A DNA stretch of 64,000 bases from Nostoc sp. DedSLP01. Its GTDB lineage: Bacteria; Cyanobacteriota; Cyanobacteriia; Cyanobacteriales; Nostocaceae. Below are positions 1-9,729 of this stretch, one piece after another (positions within the stretch are counted from its first letter, which is position 1; each line of letters opens with the position of its first letter). The stretch lies in NCBI GenBank assembly GCA_034530875.2, contig JAVRCJ020000014.1:96001-160000 (forward strand), read 5' to 3'. The position numbers and the translations under genes are program-made. The notes beneath the pieces were generated by a model. The model was given only the letters and a program-made list of their open reading frames with translations, was not told the DNA's origin and searched no databases.

Positions 1-343
1 CACCTGTAGAACATCCAGCGTGCCAGATACGAATAAATGGATAGGTTTGCAAGAATGGGATAACTTGACTTCTAAAGGCGTTGTAAAAGCTGGGATCCCT
101 GAACATTGAGGTGACATTCACGGTTAAAGCCAGCAAAAATCTTTCTAAATAATTAGGATTGTGGAGTAACTTCTCTTGTAAGGCAGAAATGTTGGGTAAT
201 TCTTCCAAGTACATAAAGCTCAGAATCCGCCGTTTAATGGAAGAAAGAGCGTAGTTCCGGAAGTCATAGCCATAGTATTGATACACTCCTTCCAAGAGTA
301 AATATATTTCGATGTCATCCAAGCTAGGTTTGGGCAAAGTCAT
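1..343 (-). CDS. cheR: CheR-type protein-glutamate O-methyltransferase (5' part; runs off the window)
   Basis: Manual translation from ATG at 343: MTLPKPSLDDIEIYLLLEGVYQYYGYDFRNYALSSIKRRI...LTVNVTSMFRDP...IRIWHAGCSTG, which has the typical CheR motifs (YGYDF, T-x-N-V-T-x-x-FRD, IWxAGCSTG). Not in the ORF track. Confidence 0.9.
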   Translation of the reverse strand, partial: MTLPKPSLDDIEIYLLLEGVYQYYGYDFRNYALSSIKRRILSFMYLEELPNISALQEKLLHNPNYLERFLLALTVNVTSMFRDPSFYNAFRSQVIPFLQTYPFIRIWHAGCSTG

Positions 344-657
344 AATAATTCACAATTCGTAATTATTACCTCATGCATAAATAGGCTTGTTGAATAAATA
401 CTGCTGTAATTGTCGGAATTTCAATGATTAAAATTTTCCGCTGACAGGTTTTCGATAACCCAGCTAAATCTTATTTTAAAAATAGATTTATAAATTGACG
501 AAATTTTAAATTTGATACTGTTGCTCGGTAAGCTAAAACAATAAAGTTAGTCTCAACTTGAGTTGTCAGAATTCAGCACTCTAAAGCCATTACCAATATT
601 GGATATATGGACTTTATGTATTCAGAATTCTGGATTCTGAAATCTGAATTCTGACTT

Positions 658-1182
658 TTAGTTTAACCAAGTGGCTGTTACTCCTAAAACAGCGATCGCA
701 ATTATTGAGATTCCAGCTAGCCATCGGACTTGATAACGCAGATTTTTAATTTCTTGGTTGAGAGTTTCAGTTTCTCGCGTGGAATATGGTTGAACTGGTG
801 CAATATCGATCGCTACTTCTTGGGGTTTAGCTGGAATAGTTCCAAAAGTTACCTGAGAATGCAGCCAATCAGCAATTAGTTGCGGACAGTTCTTTTTAAA
901 CCAATTGAAAGCCAAGATTCTAAAAACTGGTTTAGAGACGCGGGCAATTAATTTCATCAACCTGTTTACAGGTTTGATGCGAAGCTTCTTATTGATTAAG
1001 TTAACCGAACCAACATCATAGAGACAATCCAGAATTAATTTGACAGTTGCCTCTTCACTATTAATCAAGTTTTGCAGTAATAGCAAAACATCGTGCATAC
1101 GCTCTGCTTCAATATATTTTTCTCCCAATATTTCTGGAGGAATTACTGATGCATTTAAGGATTTTTTTCTTACTATTGTCAT
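658..1182 (-). CDS. Hypothetical protein with C-terminal coiled coil and membrane anchor
   Basis: 174-aa ORF ending in a hydrophobic helix (WLAGISIIAIAVLGV); no recognised domain. Confidence 0.7.
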   Translation of the reverse strand: MTIVRKKSLNASVIPPEILGEKYIEAERMHDVLLLLQNLINSEEATVKLILDCLYDVGSVNLINKKLRIKPVNRLMKLIARVSKPVFRILAFNWFKKNCPQLIADWLHSQVTFGTIPAKPQEVAIDIAPVQPYSTRETETLNQEIKNLRYQVRWLAGISIIAIAVLGVTATWLN

Positions 1183-1399
1183 ATTAAAAACGTAACATTT
1201 GAGTTAATTTCAGTACAACTATCTACCGAAATAAATAACTTTTATCTAGAGAAATAAGGCCAAAACTTGTACGAAACAGTACTTTTTTTTCTAAAGATAG
1301 AAGTTCTATAGCTTATTTTATTACTTAAGTGAATTTCCTGTCATTGATATTGTTTTGACCAAAGCCCCTTCGGGGTGGGTGTAGGGGGAAGACAAGCCC

Positions 1400-1594
1400 C
1401 ATTGGTGTCAACTTCAGCTCAAATGCTTATCCCACAGGCGTTTTACCCCACCCCTCAATCCCCTCCCCTTGCTAAGGGGAGGGGAGGTTTTGCGTCAGCA
1501 AAGCCGGGGTAGGGTAACGCGGATCTTGATGGTAAGTGAGTAGAACTCGCTCATCACGTTTTTATCAGGGTTTCACGTTAAGTTGACACCAATG
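1400..1594. mobile_element. 195-bp MITE with 15-bp terminal inverted repeats and a 9-bp target-site duplication
   Basis: TIRs CATTGGTGTCAACTT (1400-1414) / AAGTTGACACCAATG (1580-1594); flanking direct repeat GACAAGCCC at 1391-1399 and 1595-1603. Confidence 0.9.
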
Positions 1595-1636
1595 GACAAG
1601 CCCCGAAGGGGCTTTGGCCACCAGTTCCCATTCCCC

Positions 1637-4600
1637 TCACCGATACAACCAAACCCTGAGCAGTGAAAGCAGTTGTTCGGTATCTACAGGTTTGGTAATG
1701 TAGTCAGAAGCTCCGGCTTCGATGCATTTTTCTCGATCGCCTGGCATGGCTTTGGCGGTTAAAGCAATTATCGGTAGGGAGCGAAATTGCCCTTGCTGGC
1801 GGATGGCGCGGGTAGTTTCGTAACCGTCCATTTCTGGCATCATGATGTCCATCAAAACGATGTTGATGTCGGGATTTGCTTGCAGCTTTTCAATGCCATC
1901 TCTGCCATTTTCGGCAAACAGCACTTCCATCTGATAGCTTTCTAAAAAGCTGGTGATGGCAAAGATATTTCGCAAATCATCATCAATAATCAAAATTTTG
2001 CGATTGGCTAGCACCGGGTCGGTTTGGTGTAGCTGTTCGAGGATTTGACGCTTTGGTGGTGGCAGATTTGCCTGGACGCGATGCAAAAATAAGGCAGTTT
2101 CGTCTAATAACCGTTCTGGCGATCGCACATTTTTGATAATAATTGTCTCTGCTAGTCCCCGCAGTTGGGTTTCTTCTTGGCGGCTGAGTTCTTTACCTGT
2201 ATAAACAATAATTGGCAGTTTCATCAGCCTGGGTTCTAGCTTGATTTGCTCGATCAGTGCAAATCCACTCATGTCGGGCAGACCCAAGTCCAGTACCATA
2301 CAATCAAAGTGCTGCGATCGCAATATCTCTAGTGCTTGTGCCCCCGTACCGACTGCTGTACTCTGGACATCGTTATTACCAATCAGTTCGATAATACTTT
2401 GGGCTTGTACGGGGTCATCTTCTACTATTAAAAGATTTTTTACCTGACGCTCGATAAAGCTTTTAATCTCAGTCAATACTTCATTTAAAGCTTCTGGAGA
2501 AACGGGTTTTTGCAAATAAGTAATTGCGCCTAGCTGCAATCCCCGTTGCTGTCTTTCATCCACAGAAAGGATATGCACTGGGATGTGTCTGGTGGCTGGG
2601 TTATGCTTGAGACGATCTAGCACTGACCAACCATCCATCTCTGGCATGTGGATATCTAGCATAATGGCATTTGGCACAAATTGTTGTGCCAGTGCTAGAC
2701 CTTGTTTGCTCTGTAAAGCGACAATTCCCTTAAAGCCCTGCTGACGCGCCATGTCTAGCAAGATGCGGGCGAATTTATCATCATCTTCGATAATCAGCAA
2801 AATGCGATCGCCCGATTGAACGATTTCGCGATCGTCTGGGATTTCGCTAACGCCAGAAACCACTTTTGTTTTTGGAGAAATGCTCTCAGAGCTACTCCGA
2901 CTGCCAATTGGTGACATTTTCGAGGTAGGCAAATTGGCAATATGTTTCCTCATTTCTCGATTGACTTCAACGCCACTTTGTGGCGTCTGTGGCTTTCCCA
3001 CCAACGGTAAGTAGAGAGTGAAAGTACTTCCTTGGTTTGGTTGGCTGATTAATTCAATCCTTCCTCCCAGAAGTTGAGCTAGTTCGCGGCTGATGGACAA
3101 GCCTAAGCCAGTACCGCCGTACCTGCGGCTAGTAGTGCCATCTGCCTGCTGAAATGCCTCGAAAATAATTTTCTGCTTCTCGACTGGAATGCCAATTCCC
3201 GTATCGCTGACTGCAAAAGCGATCGCTGGCGCATCGATTGGATTTGGTTGAGGTGCTGTACTAATTTGTAACTTCACGCCTCCGCGTTCGGTAAATTTAA
3301 AGGCGTTAGCTAAAAGATTTTTTAATACTTGTTGCAGGCGTTTGGAGTCAGTAGAAATTACCAAGGGTAAATTGTCGTCGAGTTCAACAGCAAAACTCAG
3401 TTTTTGATTCTCAGCAACTTGATGAAAAGTTTGCTCTATAGATGTGCGCAAATCTGTAAAAGCAATTTGCTCAATCTCTAGAGACATAGTACCCGACTCA
3501 ATTTTTGCTAAATCTAAAATGTCATTGATTAATTCCAATAGATCGGTTCCAGCAGAGTAAATTGTGCGGCTGTACTCTACCTGTTTCTCAGTTAAATTGT
3601 TTAAAGGATTATCTGCCAGTAGCCGAGCTAAAATTAACAAGCTATTTAGCGGTGTCCGTAACTCATGGGACATGTTGGCTAAAAATTCTGATTTATATTT
3701 GGAAGATAATGCCAGCTGGTCGGCTTTTTCTTGTAATGACTGCCTCGATCGCTCAATCTCTTGGTTTTTGCGTGCAACTTCTTGATTTTGGTTTTCTAAG
3801 AGTTCTGCTTTTTCTTCTAGTTCTTCGTTGAGTTGCTGTAATTCTTCGTTAGATTGCTTGACAAGGAATTGCGATTCCTGCAATTCGTGGGCTTGTTGTT
3901 CTAAGAGTAGATTGCTTTTTTGTAATTCTTCTTGCTGGCTTTGCAGTTCTTCTGTCAAAGCAACAGATTCGGCAAGTAGTTGTTGAGTTTGTAATTGTGA
4001 GGCGATGTTATTTAAAAATACACCTAAAATTCCACTCAATTGCTCTAGAAATGCTAGATGTAACTCGCTAAAAGGTGCAAAAGAAGCAAGTTCAATTACC
4101 GCATTTACTCGCTCTTCAAATAATATCGGCAATACAATAATATTTAACGGTGGCGCTTCTCCCAAACCGGAACTGATGCGAATATAGTCGCTGGGAACTT
4201 TCGTTAACAGGATTCTTTGTTTTTCTAGGGCGCATTGTCCTACCAATCCCTCGCCCAAACGAAACTCATTTGCTAAGTTTTTACGCTCTTTGTAAGCATA
4301 ACTACCCAACAATTTCAGTACTGACTCATCGTTGATTGATTCGATGACATAAAATACACCGTGAGCTGCCCCAACTAGCGGCGCTAAATTCGACAAAATT
4401 GTGTCAGACACACTTTTGAGATTTCGCTGCCCTTGAAGCATCTGGGTAAATTCAGCCAAATTAGATTTGAGCCAGTTTTGTTCGTCATTTTTTTGAGTTG
4501 TGTTTCGCAGATTGACGATCATCTGGTTGAAAGTCCGCTTTAGCACGCCAATTTCGTCTTGGCGATCGCTAGTTGGTAAATTGACTGATAAATCGCCGTC

Positions 4601-5275
4601 TGCTACCTGTTGGACTAGATCGGAAACTCGCTTCAGGGGTAGTGAAATGTGCCTGGTAAGGATAATTCCAATCAAAGCCAAGATCAGACCAAATAGAGGA
4701 ATACTATAAACAATTGTGGCGATAGTTTGCTCGGCAGCGGCCTGTGCGTTTCCAGAACGCTGCTTTAGAAGTAGATTTTCCTCGTTTTTCATCTCCTGGA
4801 TCAGCTTCTGGATGCGATCCATTAGCTGCTTACCCTCATCAGTGAGAATAGCTTGCTCCGCAACTTCAAAACCCTGCTTTTGCCGTAGCTCGATCACATT
4901 TGTCATTACAGCCATTCTCTGAGCTACAAGTGGCTGTAACATTTCCAGCCGATTTTGTTGGTTGCGGTTATCTGCTATTAAATTCTGAAGTTCCTTGATT
5001 TTTTCATTTAGTGTTTGCGTGGCAGCGTTATAAGGTTCTAAATAACGTTGTTCTCCAGTAATAATGTAACCCCGTTGCCCAGTTTCAGCATTTGTTAGTT
5101 GTAAGTTGAGATCTTCAAGCTCAGCTAACACTTGATAAGTATGGTTTTCTTTGCGCGAAGCTTCAATTAATTCTTTGGTACTTTGATAGGAGATTAGACC
5201 AATGGAGGTGAGAATTGCTAAGCTCAAGGCAAAACCTGCTCCAATTTTGGTTCCAATCTTCAAACGGTTCAACAT
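1637..5275 (-). CDS. Hybrid sensor histidine kinase (TM-CHASE3-TM-HAMP-GAF-coiled coil-HisKA-HATPase-3xREC)
   Basis: AETGQRGY (CHASE3), DEIG (HAMP), FLANMSHELRTPL H-box, NAFKFT / DTGIGI / GGTGLGL ATPase boxes, and three receiver domains (LDIHMP, LDLGLP, MDIMMP). Confidence 0.93.
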   Translation of the reverse strand: MLNRLKIGTKIGAGFALSLAILTSIGLISYQSTKELIEASRKENHTYQVLAELEDLNLQLTNAETGQRGYIITGEQRYLEPYNAATQTLNEKIKELQNLIADNRNQQNRLEMLQPLVAQRMAVMTNVIELRQKQGFEVAEQAILTDEGKQLMDRIQKLIQEMKNEENLLLKQRSGNAQAAAEQTIATIVYSIPLFGLILALIGIILTRHISLPLKRVSDLVQQVADGDLSVNLPTSDRQDEIGVLKRTFNQMIVNLRNTTQKNDEQNWLKSNLAEFTQMLQGQRNLKSVSDTILSNLAPLVGAAHGVFYVIESINDESVLKLLGSYAYKERKNLANEFRLGEGLVGQCALEKQRILLTKVPSDYIRISSGLGEAPPLNIIVLPILFEERVNAVIELASFAPFSELHLAFLEQLSGILGVFLNNIASQLQTQQLLAESVALTEELQSQQEELQKSNLLLEQQAHELQESQFLVKQSNEELQQLNEELEEKAELLENQNQEVARKNQEIERSRQSLQEKADQLALSSKYKSEFLANMSHELRTPLNSLLILARLLADNPLNNLTEKQVEYSRTIYSAGTDLLELINDILDLAKIESGTMSLEIEQIAFTDLRTSIEQTFHQVAENQKLSFAVELDDNLPLVISTDSKRLQQVLKNLLANAFKFTERGGVKLQISTAPQPNPIDAPAIAFAVSDTGIGIPVEKQKIIFEAFQQADGTTSRRYGGTGLGLSISRELAQLLGGRIELISQPNQGSTFTLYLPLVGKPQTPQSGVEVNREMRKHIANLPTSKMSPIGSRSSSESISPKTKVVSGVSEIPDDREIVQSGDRILLIIEDDDKFARILLDMARQQGFKGIVALQSKQGLALAQQFVPNAIMLDIHMPEMDGWSVLDRLKHNPATRHIPVHILSVDERQQRGLQLGAITYLQKPVSPEALNEVLTEIKSFIERQVKNLLIVEDDPVQAQSIIELIGNNDVQSTAVGTGAQALEILRSQHFDCMVLDLGLPDMSGFALIEQIKLEPRLMKLPIIVYTGKELSRQEETQLRGLAETIIIKNVRSPERLLDETALFLHRVQANLPPPKRQILEQLHQTDPVLANRKILIIDDDLRNIFAITSFLESYQMEVLFAENGRDGIEKLQANPDINIVLMDIMMPEMDGYETTRAIRQQGQFRSLPIIALTAKAMPGDREKCIEAGASDYITKPVDTEQLLSLLRVWLYR

Positions 5276-5614
5276 TGTTTCAGACAGTTAATTTCAATTA
5301 TTTCTGTTGGTGTTGCCAATATTGTGAGAATTTTTCATCTCTCCAAATCATAAAACTGACTGGGAATTGCTTAAATTTGAATGTGTCTATTTTGAGAAAA
5401 TTATAAGATTTTTTAATATTTGTAGCATTTTTTATATTTCTTTATCTTCAAACTTTAATAATTAGTTTTTAAGATTACAGATCGTTTAAGCCTGGAGATA
5501 GTATAACTTATTTCCCAAGCTCCAACTACAGAATTTTTTAATTGAATCTCACGGGGGATTATCAAATTAGGCTAATGCAAGTATAAATTGAATATCTAAC
5601 TATTAATAAAAAAG

Positions 5615-5857
5615 GTGATTTTTATGAGTACAGTAATTGACTTTGCCAGACCGAAATTTCGTCAAGGACAAAAAGTAGAATTTCTTGGTGGATGGGGAAC
5701 TATAATACAATGCTGCCGTAACTCTGGACATTGGTCGTATCTTGTGGAAATGGCAATGGGTGCGGAACCAGAAATGGGTCGGATTGGTTATGAAACCACT
5801 ATTTTACTATTTGAAACAGATATTGCATTACTTGAAGACTATCCTTTTGCAGCTTAG
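5615..5857 (+). CDS. Small hypothetical protein (possible SH3-like beta-barrel)
   Basis: 80-aa ORF (ATG alternative at 5624) with a PKF..GQKV.F.GG.G.I pattern, divergent from the kinase and followed by a hairpin. Confidence 0.65.
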   Translation: MIFMSTVIDFARPKFRQGQKVEFLGGWGTIIQCCRNSGHWSYLVEMAMGAEPEMGRIGYETTILLFETDIALLEDYPFAA

Positions 5858-5893
5858 AATTTTAGATAATATTATTCGTTTACAAGCTTTAGC

Positions 5894-5920
5894 TCCCCGA
5901 TTTCCTTAAGAAATCGGGGA
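5894..5920. terminator. Hairpin between convergent genes, probable bidirectional terminator
   Basis: TCCCCGATTTC-cttaa-GAAATCGGGGA perfect stem. Confidence 0.6.
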
Positions 5921-5961
5921 ACTAGATATATTAAATTTGACATTTTGCTAGAGACTATGAA

Positions 5962-6816
5962 TTACTTGGCAACACTGCTAGTTAAACTGGCTGAGGACTC
6001 GCTATATATGTGAAAATTTTGAATCTTGTTACTTTCTAAAACAGCTCTTGCACCTGCCATATAGATATCAGTAGTTTTTAGAAAGACAAGAAAATTGCCA
6101 AGATTCAGTTGATGTTCGTAAGATTTGCTTAGCTCTTCAGGAAATCCTAAAGAGTTATAGTTATCTTTAGTAATTACTGAAACTTGACTCATAGGAAAGC
6201 CAGCTTTCTTGAGTTCAGTAAGTGCTGTGTCTACATCTTGACGCCGAGAAAAAACGCCAAGTCCATGTTTATAGCGACTTTTGGGCGATAAGTATGGTTG
6301 ATAAATGCCCGAATGTTGAATTTTATGGCGATTAAGAATTCTCTGAGCAAAATGAATTTCTATTTCTATACTGGTTACGATCGCTAAATAGTAACCTTTG
6401 AAAACTAAATCGCTATAAACTTGCGCTTGTTCTTGAGGAATTCCCAAACATAGCAGCGCCCCAGTTAAACTACCTGGGGCAATACCGATCGCACCACCAA
6501 TTAAAGTAGTAGCGATCGCTGTTGCCTCTGCTCCTGCTAGCCAAACTTGTCCCATACCAGGAATTGCCAACATATCTATACTGACTAACAAGCTAGCAAG
6601 AGCGCCTAAAGCACTACGAGTAGATTCCTCAGATGTATTGCTAGTATCCTTTTTAACTTCAATCCCAGCAATATGATGTTGTTCTTCTGCCTTGTGCGCA
6701 ATTACAGAAACTTTCTGCATTGGAAAATTTACAGCTTGTAGTTCCTGGAGTGCCAATTCTGCATCTGAACAGCTAGCGAAAACTCCTATAAATTTTCGCT
6801 CTTTTTCTAATGTCAT
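5962..6816 (-). CDS. General stress protein (two YflT/17M-like repeats)
   Basis: Two GVF....A..AL.EL...FPM..VSVI segments, a Gly/Ala-rich hydrophobic hairpin and LGIP.E.A..Y motifs. Confidence 0.65.
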   Translation of the reverse strand: MTLEKERKFIGVFASCSDAELALQELQAVNFPMQKVSVIAHKAEEQHHIAGIEVKKDTSNTSEESTRSALGALASLLVSIDMLAIPGMGQVWLAGAEATAIATTLIGGAIGIAPGSLTGALLCLGIPQEQAQVYSDLVFKGYYLAIVTSIEIEIHFAQRILNRHKIQHSGIYQPYLSPKSRYKHGLGVFSRRQDVDTALTELKKAGFPMSQVSVITKDNYNSLGFPEELSKSYEHQLNLGNFLVFLKTTDIYMAGARAVLESNKIQNFHIYSESSASLTSSVAK

Positions 6817-6879
6817 GTCATTTTATCTGTTTATTCCGATTGCAAATGATTGCCAAAATTGTTAACTAATCTGAGGTAA

Positions 6880-7158
6880 TTATGCAGCGCTGCGAGTAAG
6901 TAATCCCCAAAGGAAAATCAATAGCATTGCACCAAGAACAGCAAATAAAATGCTACCAAATGATAAAGCTCCTACAGATGCCGCCGCAGCCGAACTACTT
7001 CCTAATAAGATTTGGCCTAAATAACCGCCAACTACAGCTCCGAGGATTCCTAATACAATAGTGGAAAGAATTCCACCGCCTTGACTTCCAGGATAAAAGA
7101 ACTTAGCTAAAGCACCTGCAATTAAACCCAAAACTAGCCAAGCAATGATGTTACCCAT
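6880..7158 (-). CDS. GlsB/YeaQ/YmgE family stress-response membrane protein
   Basis: IIAWLVLGLIAGALAK...G...LGILGAVVGG...AVLGAMLL pattern; GGAG RBS upstream. Confidence 0.88.
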   Translation of the reverse strand: MGNIIAWLVLGLIAGALAKFFYPGSQGGGILSTIVLGILGAVVGGYLGQILLGSSSAAAASVGALSFGSILFAVLGAMLLIFLWGLLTRSAA

Positions 7159-7584
7159 ATTATTTTCTCCTTTTTCGTGAAAACGTTATTTGTTTGCTTT
7201 TGACAATTTAATATTACAATTGCTCTCAGAAACCGCTGCTCTATCTAGAGAACTAATATCAAAAATCTTGAGATATTATCTAAATATTTAGAAAAACATA
7301 TTTGCGATCGACTAACCGAAAAATTAGCGAAAACATCCAAAAATCGTATGTTTTCATCTCCAGATAGAACCATAAAAACGCTCCTTTCTACCTTTCGGAT
7401 ATTACTCAAATTCTCTTAGATGAGTATTACCTTTGAATAACTATATATAACGGACAAACATATTTTTTCGTAAAAACATCTGGAGATAGAAGTATTCCTA
7501 ATTGTTTAAAAGTAATCTAGAAACATGCAAACCAATCCGGCGAGCAGAAACGAAGAGATAATTAATCAATATTAGGAGTAAATC

Positions 7585-7767
7585 ATGAGTATCGAAGATA
7601 GAGCAAAAGCTGTTGCTAAAAATATTGAAGGTAAAGCCCAAGAAGTACTTGGTGATGTAACTGGTAACCCTGATGATAAAGCTGAAGGTAAAGCTAAACA
7701 AGCAGAATCACAGGTTCGTCACTCAGTTGAAAATGTCAAAGATGAAGTTAAAAAAGCTGTAGACTAA
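7585..7767 (+). CDS. csbD: CsbD family general stress protein
   Basis: GKAQE.LG.VTG....KAEGK..Q motif; AGGAG RBS upstream. Confidence 0.88.
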   Translation: MSIEDRAKAVAKNIEGKAQEVLGDVTGNPDDKAEGKAKQAESQVRHSVENVKDEVKKAVD

Positions 7768-8107
7768 ACTCAATCTTAACTTGGTAGAAGGTGTAAGTAA
7801 AATTATAATTTGCTGAACCTTCTTCCTTGTTCTAGCTTTATCGAAACAATTGGGTCTAAAATCTTGCCTTTTAAGGCGAAAAGTTTTTGGAACGGGGTAT
7901 AAAATCCTCGTTACAAAAACGGCCTCCAGCAAGAACTGCCCCCTGCCTCCTGCCTTCGTTAAGTGTCCCGATTATTGTCCGGCTTTGATGCAGTACTTTG
8001 TAGCTGAGTGAAGTAAAAAATCGAAAACTCAAAACCAAATTTTGATACTAATCGCTTCCAAAATAACTTTTTAAACTATCACTAGTTTTTTTCAAAGGTG
8101 CTAACTG

Positions 8108-8317
8108 ATGATTAATGTACTATTTACCTATTTTTTGACAGACGTAGCTGTTACATCAGAAGCTAGTTCTAGTTATTCTACAGTATTGACAGGATTATTT
8201 ATAGTTGGCTTTATCGCTGCTGTTACAATAGGTTCCATCGCTTGGTATAATTCCAAACGTCCTGTAGGTTGGGAAGATAAACAACGTCCTGATGTCGTTC
8301 CAGAAGTAGATAAGTAA
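8108..8317 (+). CDS. psb35: Single-helix thylakoid protein, Psb35-like
   Basis: VGFIAAVTIGSIAWYNSKRPVGWE motif, recalled as the Psb35 family; not verified by search. Confidence 0.55.
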   Translation: MINVLFTYFLTDVAVTSEASSSYSTVLTGLFIVGFIAAVTIGSIAWYNSKRPVGWEDKQRPDVVPEVDK

Positions 8318-8364
8318 TCAAATCTTTGCCTACCTCCTCCTAAGTGTATGTGCTTTCCTAGCTA

Positions 8365-8400
8365 GCGTTCGCAGGTTAAATCCGCGAACGTCTTTTTTTT
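8365..8400 (+). terminator. Rho-independent terminator
   Basis: CGTTCGC...GCGAACG stem followed by a run of T, downstream of the psb35-like gene. Confidence 0.6.
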
Positions 8401-8651
8401 AGGGAACAGTTCCATCCTTAAAAAGCAATAGGGAACACAAATTATTGTTGTAACTTTTTAATCAGCGCAACAATCATTCGACTTTAACAAGAAAGAATTC
8501 AAGAGTCAGAATTCTCCAATTGAATTCTGTGCGACTGGCGCATGAATAAACTCTTTTTATTCCCCCACCAAATCATAGATTTGGTGGTCTTAAATCAGTC
8601 CTGGGTCTAAATACCTTAAGCATTGCTGAATTCTAAATTCTGAGTTCTGAT

Positions 8652-9617
8652 TTAAGATGTTTGCTGCATTTCGGTATATGCTTCATAAACACCCTTGACG
8701 TTGTACCAGTTGAGAAAAATTCGGGCAATTTCTAAAGCTAATTGTGGTTTTCCTAAGTTAATTAGCCATTGCAAAAACGGAGCCATTGTTCGTTCATTTA
8801 GCGCACCATTAACTGAAAGAATGCCCCAAAGTAAGCGATGCAACCAAGTCATTTGAATCATCATTCGTACTTCCCATGTGGGATGTTTTTGATAAAACAA
8901 AACTCCCATCCGACCGCGTTGAATTTCTTTGTCAATTAAGCTGGTAATTTGTTCTAAATTAAATGGTGGATGCCAATGATAGCCTACAGCTTCCGGACAT
9001 TTAATTAGTGCCAAACCTAAGTTTTTCAGCCGCACGCCTAACTCTAAATCTTCCCAGCCATAGAGTTGGAAACTCGTGTCAAAAAGTCCCGCTTTTTCTA
9101 GCCAATGTTTAGGAATCGCTACATTTCCCGTAGCAAAAAAAGCTGCTGAGAAATCTGTGACTTTATAAGGTTCAGCCGTTGGATTCTCAAAATTGCAAGT
9201 ATTGATAACTGCACCGTAAGTAAAAAAGCGATCGCTCCCCAATTTCTCTTTTCCCTGCATCAGTGCGTTACTATGAGCTTGCAGGAAATTCTTCAGCACA
9301 ACTAAATCGCTATCAATAAAGATAATTGTGTCTCCTCGCGCCTGTTCTACCCCCAAATTCCGCGCCGCCGCAGGCCCCGCATGATCCTGCTGAAACCATC
9401 GCACATGGGGAAACTCTTCTTTGTGTGCCGTAAACCACTCCAACGTGCCATCAGTAGAACCATCATCCACCAAGACAATCTCGTAATCAGTTACCATTGA
9501 CTGATTAAATTCCTGCACTTCCAAAGCACGAAGGCACTTTTCCAAAATCGGTTGGCGATTATAAGTCGGTATCACAACGCTGAAAAACACAGTCTCACCC
9601 ACAACACATTTACCCAT
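8652..9617 (-). CDS. Glycosyltransferase family 2
   Basis: SVVIPTYN, VDDGSTD, AARNLG, FIDSD and GWED motifs. Confidence 0.9.
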   Translation of the reverse strand: MGKCVVGETVFFSVVIPTYNRQPILEKCLRALEVQEFNQSMVTDYEIVLVDDGSTDGTLEWFTAHKEEFPHVRWFQQDHAGPAAARNLGVEQARGDTIIFIDSDLVVLKNFLQAHSNALMQGKEKLGSDRFFTYGAVINTCNFENPTAEPYKVTDFSAAFFATGNVAIPKHWLEKAGLFDTSFQLYGWEDLELGVRLKNLGLALIKCPEAVGYHWHPPFNLEQITSLIDKEIQRGRMGVLFYQKHPTWEVRMMIQMTWLHRLLWGILSVNGALNERTMAPFLQWLINLGKPQLALEIARIFLNWYNVKGVYEAYTEMQQTS

Positions 9618-9699
9618 CTCCAGGATAGGACAGATGGGGCGCTGACTCTGTTCCTTACCTGATTTTGCTTACGTAAGATGTAAGCTTTAATAATTTATA

Positions 9700-9729
9700 G
9701 TTAATCAATATATAACCTACAGTTAATCT
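9700..9729 (+). promoter_or_regulatory. Putative Pho box (SphR/PhoB site) upstream of the first phoX
   Basis: Three 8-mers at exact 11-bp period: GTTAATCA (9700), TATAACCT (9711), GTTAATCT (9722), resembling the cyanobacterial PyTTAAPyPy(T/A) consensus. Confidence 0.65.

Noticed and set aside
2241..4922. Short + strand ORFs inside the hybrid kinase (and similar shadow ORFs in phoX, ftsH, ycf48, TpsB, DUF3131 and GT2)
   Set aside because: Antisense or alternative-frame shadows of well-supported long genes, with no motifs
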